The notes under the pieces were generated by a model. It searched no databases. It was given only the letters and a program-made list of their open reading frames with translations, and was not told where the DNA came from. DNA of 32,000 nucleotides from Rhodobacter capsulatus SB 1003 (lineage in GTDB: Bacteria; Pseudomonadota; Alphaproteobacteria; Rhodobacterales; Rhodobacteraceae), in the NCBI RefSeq assembly GCF_000021865.1, contig NC_014034.1, forward strand, positions 2,130,001 to 2,162,000, given 5' to 3'. Shown here piece after piece: positions 25,757 to 32,000 of this stretch. A program made the translations under genes and the position numbers. Numbering within the stretch: the first letter of the stretch is position 1; each line of letters opens with the position of its first letter.

Positions 25757-25757
25757 G

Positions 25758-26432
25758 ATGACGACAGACTGGCGGGCCGCGCAGCTGCGGCTCCGGGCGC
25801 TCGGCTTTGAGCCGGGGCCGATCGACGGGCTTTGCGGGCCGAAGACGAAAGCCGCGATCACGGCCTTCGGGCGCAGCCGCGGGCTGTCGGCCGAGCCCGG
25901 TTTCGGGCCGGTCATCGCGGCGCTGATGGGCGCAGATGCGCCCTGCCCCGACCTTCCCTGGATGGCCGAGGCGCTGCGCCTGAAAGGCCTGCACGAGCGG
26001 CGCGACACCACGCGGCTGCGCGCCTGGCTCGATCCGGCGGCCGGGGCGATCGACCCGCGCGCCATGCCCTGGTGCGGCGCCTTCGTGGCAAGCTGCCTGC
26101 GCGCGGCGCTGCCCGGGGTGATCCTGCCCGACACCCCGCTTGCCGCCCGCGCCTGGAGCCGCTTTGGCGATCCCGTCGCGCCGGTCTTCGGCGCGGTGCT
26201 GGTCTTCTGGCGCGGCGCCCCCTCCGGCTGGCAGGGCCATGTCGGCTTTTGCCGCGGCGAGGATGCGGGGGCCTATCACGTCCTCGGCGGCAATCAATCC
26301 GATGCCGTCACCGTCACCCGGATCGCCAAGACGCGCCTGCTCGCGGCGCGCTGGCCCGCGGGCGTACCCGTCACCGGGCGGCCGGTCCGCCTCACCACCA
26401 AAGGCCTCGCCCTCTCCAGCAACGAAGCCTGA
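25758..26432 (+). CDS. Endolysin: N-terminal peptidoglycan-binding domain plus C-terminal CHAP/NlpC-like (TIGR02594-type) domain
   Basis: LRALGFEPGPIDGLCGPKTKAAITAFGRSRGL (PG_binding_1 pattern), then PWCGAFVASCL...WQGHVGF...VLGGNQSDAV (Cys/His amidase-like core). Confidence 0.8.
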   Translation: MTTDWRAAQLRLRALGFEPGPIDGLCGPKTKAAITAFGRSRGLSAEPGFGPVIAALMGADAPCPDLPWMAEALRLKGLHERRDTTRLRAWLDPAAGAIDPRAMPWCGAFVASCLRAALPGVILPDTPLAARAWSRFGDPVAPVFGAVLVFWRGAPSGWQGHVGFCRGEDAGAYHVLGGNQSDAVTVTRIAKTRLLAARWPAGVPVTGRPVRLTTKGLALSSNEA

Positions 26433-26450
26433 GCCAACACGGAGACCCCG

Positions 26451-26798
26451 ATGACCGACACCCTCCTCGCCACGATCCTCGCGCAGATCGTGCTGCCGAT
26501 CCTCGCCACGATCACCACCGCGCTGATCGGCTGGGCGGCGGCAAAACTGCGCGCCCGCTGGGGCATCGAGATCGAAGCCGCGCAGCGCGAGGCCCTGCAT
26601 CAGGCGCTGATGACCGGCGCGCAGCTCGCCCTGACCCGCCGCGGGCGCCGCGACGACGGCCGCGATCTCGACCTCCTCGCCCGGGATGCTGTCGCCTATG
26701 CCCAGACCTCGGTCCCCGATGCCATCCAGGCCCTCGCGCCACGCGACGGCGTGCTGAAAAATCTCGCCGCGGCCAAGATCGCGGCCCTGAGCCGGTGA
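26451..26798 (+). CDS. Membrane-anchored lysis-cassette protein (spanin-like?)
   Basis: 115 aa with an N-terminal TM (LLATILAQIVLPILATITTALIGWAAA) followed by a charged helical region. Position after the endolysin. Confidence 0.4.
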   Translation: MTDTLLATILAQIVLPILATITTALIGWAAAKLRARWGIEIEAAQREALHQALMTGAQLALTRRGRRDDGRDLDLLARDAVAYAQTSVPDAIQALAPRDGVLKNLAAAKIAALSR

Positions 26799-26837
26799 GA
26801 TCGCCCGCCGGGACACTTCTGTAAAGAGTGACGTTTT

Positions 26838-26874
26838 GGCCTCTTGGGAGGCCAGAGGGGGCGCCAACCCCCTC
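26838..26874 (+). terminator. Two consecutive GC hairpins after the lysis cassette
   Basis: GGCCTC-TTGG-GAGGCC (26838-26853) and GAGGGGG-CGCCAA-CCCCCTC (26855-26874). No T-tract. Confidence 0.3.
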
Positions 26875-26951
26875 CGACACGGGGACACCGCTAAGCACCC
26901 CCGTCGACCAGCCAAAGCTCATGGCCGCTCCCCCCTCGCGAGGGAGGGCCC

Positions 26952-27368
26952 TTGGAACATATTCAGATGATGGAGTCCATGATTCCCGTCGCGCCGGTGG
27001 CCCCTGCGGCACCCTGGCTCGGCGGCAAACGCAACCTGGCGAAACGGATCTGCACGATCCTCGACGAAACCCCCTGCCGGACCTATTGCGAGCCCTTCGT
27101 GGGCATGGGCGGGATCTTCCTGCGCCGCCGCGCCCGCCCGCGGGCCGAGGTGATCAATGATGCGGGCCGCGACATCGCGAACCTGTTCCGGATCCTGCAG
27201 CGGCATTATCCGCAGTTCCTCGAAATCCTGCGCTTCCAGCTGACGGTCCGCAGCGAGTTCGAGCGCCTGCTGGCGACCCGGCCGGACACCCTCACCGATC
27301 TCGAACGTCGCATCCAGGATCGGCTCCAGCGTTTCGGCGATTGCCCCATGAATTATGCGGTCCCATGA
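26952..27368 (+). pseudogene. Dam-type (D12 class) N6-adenine DNA methyltransferase, 3'-truncated
   Basis: PWLGGKRNLAKRI...YCEPFVGMGGIFL...EVINDAGRDIANLFRIL...PDTLTDLER are the N-terminal SAM-binding blocks. Similarity stops at about 27308, no DPPY catalytic motif follows, and the ORF ends inside the 17-bp duplication. Confidence 0.75.
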
Positions 27369-27628
27369 ATTATGCGGTCGGCGATCGGCGGGATCATCAA
27401 CCGCCTAGTGCCGCCCTTGCGCTTGGGAATGTCGACGCGGCGGCAGGGGCCTTGCTGCCAGCCGCCCGCGCGCAATGCCAGCGCAAGATCGCGCAGAGAT
27501 GCGGTGGCCCCTTGGGCAAAGGTGGCGATGGTGACGCCGTCACCCCCCGCCGCGCCGCCGTTTTGCTGGACCTTGAGCCATGAGGCCTGCAGGGTCTCAT
27601 ATTCCGTGGCCTTGAAAAACAGGTCCAT
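27300..27628 (-). pseudogene. Reverse transcriptase gene fragment (N-terminal ~110 codons only)
   Basis: From ATG 27628: MDLFFKATEYETLQASWLKVQQNGGAAGGDGVTIATFAQGATASLRDLALALRAGGWQQGPCRRVDIPKRKGGTRRLMIPPIADRIIHG, which covers RT domains 0-2. The frame stops in the 17-bp duplication. With one copy removed it continues AIAETLEPILDATFE and then hits the methylase gene. Confidence 0.75.
27345..27378. repeat. Perfect 17-bp tandem duplication
   Basis: CCCATGAATTATGCGGT at 27345-27361 and again at 27362-27378. Confidence 0.95.
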
Positions 27629-27731
27629 CTTGCCCCCGCCACATCTTCCGTGTCCTGCGCCCCGTTGCGCCAGACTGCCGCCGAAGTCCAGCCGGTGCAA
27701 CCTTGCTGTTGCCGCACCTCCGTTTGCATTG

Positions 27732-28039
27732 GGTTCCCGCCGTCATCTTGGCGGTGATGTGAGGCTTACCCCATACCCAAGAAAGGAACATCATGGGTTC
27801 AGTCCGCCGTCGTCTTGGCGGTGATGTGAGGCTCTCCCAGCATACCAAACCGCTGGCGACCATCAGGTTCAGTCCGCCGTCGTCTTGGCGGTGATGTGAT
27901 GCACAGGAGAGACCGATGAAAATCACGGCCTTCGGTTCAGTCCGCCGTCGTCTTGGCGGTGACGTGAGGCACCTAAACAAGAGGTTCTACGATGCCGAAA
28001 GGGGTTCAGTCCGCCGTCGTCTTGGCGGTGATGTGAGGC
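27732..28039 (-). CRISPR. CRISPR array: 5 repeats (37 nt, the leftmost degenerate) and 4 spacers (30-33 nt), type VI-A-like repeat
   Basis: Repeats GGTTCAGTCCGCCGTCGTCTTGGCGGTGATGTGAGGC at 27796-27832, 27866-27902 (27900 G>T), 27934-27970 (27963 T>C) and 28003-28039. The degenerate copy at 27732-27765 has a 3-nt deletion plus 1 substitution. Spacers: 27766-27795, 27833-27865, 27903-27933, 27971-28002. The minus-strand reading has the Cas13a handle shape. Confidence 0.95.
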
Positions 28040-28409
28040 TCAGGTCCCGCAAGCCATTGAGACGCCAAGATCTTCAAGCAGGGTTTCGGAACCCTGGACG
28101 ATCAAGGCCGTATTTTGAGACCTTTTTTGCATTTCCGCGCCGCTCCAGTGGCAATTACTCTTTCCGTGTCAGTGTATTGCGCGTTTTCTGAACCCTCCTT
28201 GCCGAATTTCCGACCCGATGCCGCTGCAGGCGGCGGGTTTCGGCAAGCCTAGGCGAAGTCCGATGCGATGGCTACAGGCTTTGTCGCGCCCCGAACGTCG
28301 AAAACCGGGCAGATGGTGCGGCAAATCGGCCCGGCCCAACGGAACTGTTGCGAATGGGCTTGACGGCTTGCATCCTTGCCTTGGTGGGTTTTGTGCTGGG
28401 GGCGCGACA
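28040..28409. promoter_or_regulatory. Putative CRISPR leader and divergent promoter region between the array and cas13a
   Basis: 370-bp non-coding spacer with an AT-richer tract (about 28100-28190). The repeat orientation and the degenerate repeat at the far end place the leader here. A TTGACG hexamer at ~28359-28364 is a candidate -35 for cas13a. Confidence 0.4.
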
Positions 28410-31400
28410 ATGCAGATTGGCAAGGTTCAAGGGCGGACGATCAGCGAATTCGGCGATCCGGCGGGGGGGCTCAAACGCAAGATCAGCACCGATGGCAAGA
28501 ACCGCAAGGAGCTGCCCGCTCATCTGTCAAGCGATCCTAAGGCGCTGATCGGGCAGTGGATTTCCGGGATCGACAAGATCTATCGCAAGCCCGACAGCCG
28601 GAAGTCGGATGGTAAAGCGATCCATAGCCCGACCCCATCCAAGATGCAGTTCGACGCGCGTGACGACCTTGGCGAGGCGTTCTGGAAGCTGGTGTCAGAG
28701 GCGGGGCTGGCGCAAGACAGCGACTACGATCAGTTCAAACGCCGACTGCACCCCTATGGTGACAAGTTCCAACCTGCCGACTCCGGCGCGAAGTTGAAAT
28801 TCGAAGCGGATCCGCCCGAGCCACAGGCGTTCCACGGGCGCTGGTATGGCGCGATGTCGAAACGCGGGAATGATGCCAAAGAGCTTGCTGCGGCGCTTTA
28901 CGAGCATCTGCATGTCGATGAAAAGCGCATTGACGGGCAACCAAAGCGGAACCCCAAGACCGACAAATTTGCGCCCGGCCTGGTGGTGGCGCGGGCATTG
29001 GGGATAGAGAGTTCGGTTCTGCCGCGCGGCATGGCGCGGCTGGCGCGGAATTGGGGCGAGGAGGAAATTCAAACCTATTTCGTGGTCGATGTAGCGGCTT
29101 CGGTGAAGGAGGTGGCGAAAGCCGCAGTGAGTGCTGCGCAAGCGTTCGACCCGCCGCGACAGGTGAGCGGACGATCCCTGTCGCCAAAGGTCGGCTTTGC
29201 CCTTGCCGAGCATCTGGAGCGCGTGACCGGATCGAAGCGCTGCTCTTTCGACCCCGCTGCGGGGCCCAGCGTGCTGGCGCTGCATGACGAGGTGAAGAAA
29301 ACCTACAAGCGCCTTTGTGCGCGCGGCAAGAATGCCGCGAGAGCGTTTCCCGCCGACAAGACGGAGCTGCTCGCCCTGATGCGGCATACGCATGAAAACC
29401 GGGTGCGCAACCAGATGGTCCGGATGGGGCGTGTGTCCGAATATCGGGGACAGCAAGCGGGCGATCTTGCGCAGAGCCATTACTGGACCTCGGCCGGACA
29501 GACCGAAATCAAGGAATCCGAGATCTTTGTTCGGCTGTGGGTGGGGGCCTTTGCGCTGGCCGGGCGGTCGATGAAGGCCTGGATCGACCCGATGGGCAAG
29601 ATCGTCAATACCGAGAAAAATGACCGTGATCTGACCGCCGCGGTCAATATTCGGCAGGTGATCTCGAACAAGGAGATGGTCGCCGAGGCGATGGCGCGGC
29701 GTGGCATCTATTTCGGGGAAACGCCCGAACTGGACCGACTGGGTGCCGAAGGGAACGAGGGCTTTGTCTTCGCGCTGTTGCGCTATCTGCGCGGTTGCCG
29801 GAACCAGACCTTTCACCTTGGTGCCCGGGCTGGTTTTCTCAAGGAAATCCGAAAAGAACTGGAAAAGACCCGGTGGGGAAAGGCGAAGGAGGCAGAGCAT
29901 GTCGTCCTGACGGACAAGACAGTCGCCGCGATCCGCGCCATCATCGACAATGATGCAAAGGCGTTGGGGGCGCGCCTGCTTGCCGATCTGTCCGGTGCTT
30001 TCGTGGCGCATTATGCATCGAAAGAGCATTTCTCGACACTTTATTCCGAGATCGTCAAAGCGGTGAAGGATGCGCCCGAAGTCTCCTCCGGGCTGCCGCG
30101 GCTCAAGCTATTGCTGAAGCGGGCAGATGGTGTGCGCGGTTATGTGCATGGCCTGAGAGACACACGCAAACATGCATTTGCCACCAAGCTGCCCCCGCCC
30201 CCCGCCCCTCGAGAACTTGACGATCCCGCGACGAAGGCGCGTTACATCGCCCTGTTGCGGCTTTACGACGGGCCATTCCGCGCCTACGCTTCTGGCATTA
30301 CCGGAACGGCGCTTGCCGGACCTGCCGCGCGCGCCAAGGAAGCGGCAACCGCGCTGGCGCAAAGCGTGAACGTCACGAAGGCGTATTCCGACGTAATGGA
30401 AGGGCGCACGAGCCGGTTGCGCCCCCCGAACGATGGCGAAACGCTGCGCGAATATCTCAGCGCCTTGACCGGCGAAACCGCGACCGAGTTCCGGGTGCAG
30501 ATCGGGTACGAGTCCGACTCGGAAAACGCCCGCAAACAGGCGGAATTCATCGAGAACTATCGCCGCGACATGCTTGCCTTCATGTTCGAGGATTACATCA
30601 GGGCCAAGGGCTTTGACTGGATATTGAAGATCGAGCCGGGCGCGACGGCGATGACCCGCGCGCCCGTCCTGCCCGAGCCGATCGATACGCGGGGCCAATA
30701 CGAGCATTGGCAAGCGGCGCTCTATCTGGTGATGCATTTCGTTCCGGCCAGCGATGTCTCGAACCTGCTGCACCAGTTGCGCAAATGGGAGGCGCTTCAG
30801 GGCAAATATGAACTGGTCCAGGACGGTGACGCCACGGATCAGGCGGACGCGAGGCGCGAGGCGCTTGATCTCGTCAAGCGCTTCCGCGATGTGCTGGTGT
30901 TGTTCCTCAAGACCGGCGAGGCCCGGTTCGAGGGCCGCGCAGCGCCTTTCGATCTGAAGCCGTTTCGGGCGCTCTTTGCCAACCCGGCCACCTTTGACCG
31001 GCTCTTCATGGCCACACCCACAACCGCGCGCCCTGCCGAAGATGACCCCGAGGGGGACGGTGCGTCCGAGCCGGAACTGCGTGTCGCGCGCACCTTGCGC
31101 GGTTTGCGCCAGATCGCGCGCTACAACCATATGGCGGTTCTGAGCGATCTTTTCGCAAAGCACAAAGTGCGGGACGAAGAGGTGGCCCGCTTGGCCGAGA
31201 TCGAAGACGAGACGCAGGAAAAGTCACAGATCGTGGCAGCCCAGGAACTGCGCACCGACCTGCACGACAAGGTGATGAAGTGTCACCCAAAAACGATTTC
31301 CCCCGAGGAGCGGCAAAGTTACGCTGCGGCGATCAAGACCATCGAGGAACACCGGTTTCTGGTCGGACGGGTCTATCTGGGTGATCATCTGCGCCTGCAC

Positions 31401-32000
31401 CGGTTGATGATGGACGTGATCGGACGCCTGATCGACTATGCCGGGGCTTATGAACGTGACACCGGAACTTTCCTCATAAACGCGAGCAAGCAGTTGGGAG
31501 CAGGCGCCGATTGGGCTGTCACCATCGCAGGGGCAGCCAATACCGACGCGCGCACCCAAACCCGCAAAGACCTTGCGCATTTCAATGTGCTTGACCGCGC
31601 GGATGGCACGCCAGACCTGACCGCTCTGGTCAACCGGGCGCGCGAGATGATGGCCTATGACCGCAAGCGCAAGAATGCGGTGCCGCGCTCGATCCTCGAT
31701 ATGCTGGCACGACTTGGGCTGACGCTGAAATGGCAGATGAAAGATCACCTTCTGCAAGACGCGACGATCACTCAGGCCGCCATCAAGCACCTCGACAAGG
31801 TCAGGCTGACAGTTGGCGGGCCGGCGGCGGTGACAGAGGCCCGTTTCAGCCAAGACTACCTCCAGATGGTGGCGGCCGTCTTCAATGGCAGCGTCCAGAA
31901 TCCAAAGCCACGCCGCCGGGATGACGGGGACGCATGGCACAAGCCCCCCAAACCCGCGACCGCGCAAAGCCAGCCAGATCAAAAACCGCCCAACAAGGCA
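28410..32000 (+). CDS. cas13a: Cas13a (C2c2)-like type VI-A CRISPR effector, RNA-guided RNase. 3' end lies beyond the window
   Basis: Frame is open for 1197 codons from ATG 28410 (after a GGGGG run) to the last base of the window. Two HEPN R-x4-H motifs lie at codons 464-469 and 1052-1057. Adjacent to the CRISPR array. Not in the ORF track because there is no stop in the window; the three long minus-strand ORFs here are its shadows. Confidence 0.93.
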   Translation, partial: MQIGKVQGRTISEFGDPAGGLKRKISTDGKNRKELPAHLSSDPKALIGQWISGIDKIYRKPDSRKSDGKAIHSPTPSKMQFDARDDLGEAFWKLVSEAGLAQDSDYDQFKRRLHPYGDKFQPADSGAKLKFEADPPEPQAFHGRWYGAMSKRGNDAKELAAALYEHLHVDEKRIDGQPKRNPKTDKFAPGLVVARALGIESSVLPRGMARLARNWGEEEIQTYFVVDVAASVKEVAKAAVSAAQAFDPPRQVSGRSLSPKVGFALAEHLERVTGSKRCSFDPAAGPSVLALHDEVKKTYKRLCARGKNAARAFPADKTELLALMRHTHENRVRNQMVRMGRVSEYRGQQAGDLAQSHYWTSAGQTEIKESEIFVRLWVGAFALAGRSMKAWIDPMGKIVNTEKNDRDLTAAVNIRQVISNKEMVAEAMARRGIYFGETPELDRLGAEGNEGFVFALLRYLRGCRNQTFHLGARAGFLKEIRKELEKTRWGKAKEAEHVVLTDKTVAAIRAIIDNDAKALGARLLADLSGAFVAHYASKEHFSTLYSEIVKAVKDAPEVSSGLPRLKLLLKRADGVRGYVHGLRDTRKHAFATKLPPPPAPRELDDPATKARYIALLRLYDGPFRAYASGITGTALAGPAARAKEAATALAQSVNVTKAYSDVMEGRTSRLRPPNDGETLREYLSALTGETATEFRVQIGYESDSENARKQAEFIENYRRDMLAFMFEDYIRAKGFDWILKIEPGATAMTRAPVLPEPIDTRGQYEHWQAALYLVMHFVPASDVSNLLHQLRKWEALQGKYELVQDGDATDQADARREALDLVKRFRDVLVLFLKTGEARFEGRAAPFDLKPFRALFANPATFDRLFMATPTTARPAEDDPEGDGASEPELRVARTLRGLRQIARYNHMAVLSDLFAKHKVRDEEVARLAEIEDETQEKSQIVAAQELRTDLHDKVMKCHPKTISPEERQSYAAAIKTIEEHRFLVGRVYLGDHLRLHRLMMDVIGRLIDYAGAYERDTGTFLINASKQLGAGADWAVTIAGAANTDARTQTRKDLAHFNVLDRADGTPDLTALVNRAREMMAYDRKRKNAVPRSILDMLARLGLTLKWQMKDHLLQDATITQAAIKHLDKVRLTVGGPAAVTEARFSQDYLQMVAAVFNGSVQNPKPRRRDDGDAWHKPPKPATAQSQPDQKPPNKA
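29799..29816 (+). other. HEPN-1 catalytic motif RNQTFH (codons 464-469)
   Basis: Context ALLRYLRGCRNQTFHLGARAG. R-N-x3-H is the canonical HEPN RNase motif. Confidence 0.85.
31563..31580 (+). other. HEPN-2 catalytic motif RKDLAH (codons 1052-1057)
   Basis: Context DARTQTRKDLAHFNVLDRA. Second R-x4-H motif, about 590 residues after the first. Confidence 0.85.

Larger units (their letters stand above)
2905..27310. mobile_element. HK97-like siphovirus prophage next to tRNA-Leu. Probably defective: no integrase, broken repressor, truncated right end
   Basis: Contiguous phage modules: xis-like, immunity switch, replication, HNH-TerS-TerL-portal-protease-capsid, connector, tail, tape measure, fibres, lysis. 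Left limit is the tRNA 3' end. Right limit is the break in the Dam methylase gene near 27300-27310. Confidence 0.85.

Noticed and set aside
27206-27300. Minus-strand reading FEIGEGVRPGRQQAL, which mimics the RT domain-2a motif (F...GFRPGRS) and would extend the RT fragment
   Set aside because: The plus strand here encodes the well-conserved Dam-methylase block ...ATRPDTLTDLER. The RPGR arises from the palindromic CGGCCG, so the resemblance is most likely coincidental.
26800-27400. Search for an attR copy of the tRNA-Leu 3' end (GTTCGAGTCCGACCACCCGCA) at the right prophage boundary
   Set aside because: No convincing copy seen by eye, so no attR is reported. A mismatch-tolerant computational search is still needed.
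27597-28191. ORFs 27916..28191 (+) and 27597..27980 (-) with repeating peptides (GSVRRRLGGDVR, TSPPRRRRTEP)
   Set aside because: The repeated peptides are simply the CRISPR direct repeat translated. They are not genes.
28119-28409. In-frame upstream ATGs at 28218 and 28263 that would lengthen cas13a
   Set aside because: The extension translates to an Arg/Gly/Cys-rich non-coding-like peptide without a ribosome-binding site. ATG 28410 follows a GGGGG run, and the protein character changes abruptly there.
28040-28409. Possible tracrRNA/anti-repeat or small accessory gene between the array and cas13a (for example ORF 28169..28423 minus)
   Set aside because: No segment complementary to the repeat was seen. 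The small ORFs have no start context or motifs. Type VI systems do not need a tracrRNA.
28695-31982. Three long minus-strand ORFs (444, 351 and 252 aa) covering the right end of the window
   Set aside because: All are antisense to the uninterrupted 1197-codon plus-strand frame that carries the HEPN motifs. Their translations are Arg/Gly/Pro-rich with no recognisable domains.

Overview
High-GC, alphaproteobacterial (Rhodobacter-like) chromosome segment in three parts. All coordinates and translations were derived by hand and no searches were run. (1) 1-2904, housekeeping: the 5' end of gyrA (minus strand, runs off the left edge), a DsbB-family protein, a YqaA/DedA membrane protein, a YpfJ-type zinc metallopeptidase and tRNA-Leu(CAA). 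(2) About 2905-27310, a ~24 kb HK97-like siphovirus prophage abutting the tRNA. It has a leftward early operon (excisionase-like, C5-methyltransferase-like, GapR/DUF2312-like). Its immunity region holds a CI-like repressor broken by two frameshifts, a TerB/BRCT cargo gene and TTGCG-N5-CGCAA operators. Then come Cro-like and replication genes with an iteron plus DnaA-box region, followed by HNH, TerS, TerL, portal, S49 protease, capsid, connector and tail genes. The tail chaperone has a GGGAAAC -1 frameshift site. A 961-aa tape measure, fibre genes and holin/endolysin complete the element. No integrase is visible, and the right end is a Dam-type methylase gene truncated near 27305. (3) 27300-32000: the truncated methylase abuts, 3' end to 3' end (convergent orientation), the first ~110 codons of a reverse transcriptase gene that carries a 17-bp tandem duplication. 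Next is a 5-repeat/4-spacer CRISPR array. Divergent from the array is an ORF of at least 1197 codons (28410 to the window edge). It is missing from the supplied ORF track because it has no stop in the window. It carries two HEPN RxxxxH motifs, so this is a single-effector, RNA-targeting type VI-A (Cas13a/C2c2-like) CRISPR-Cas locus with no cas1/cas2 in view. It is the stand-out system of the window.
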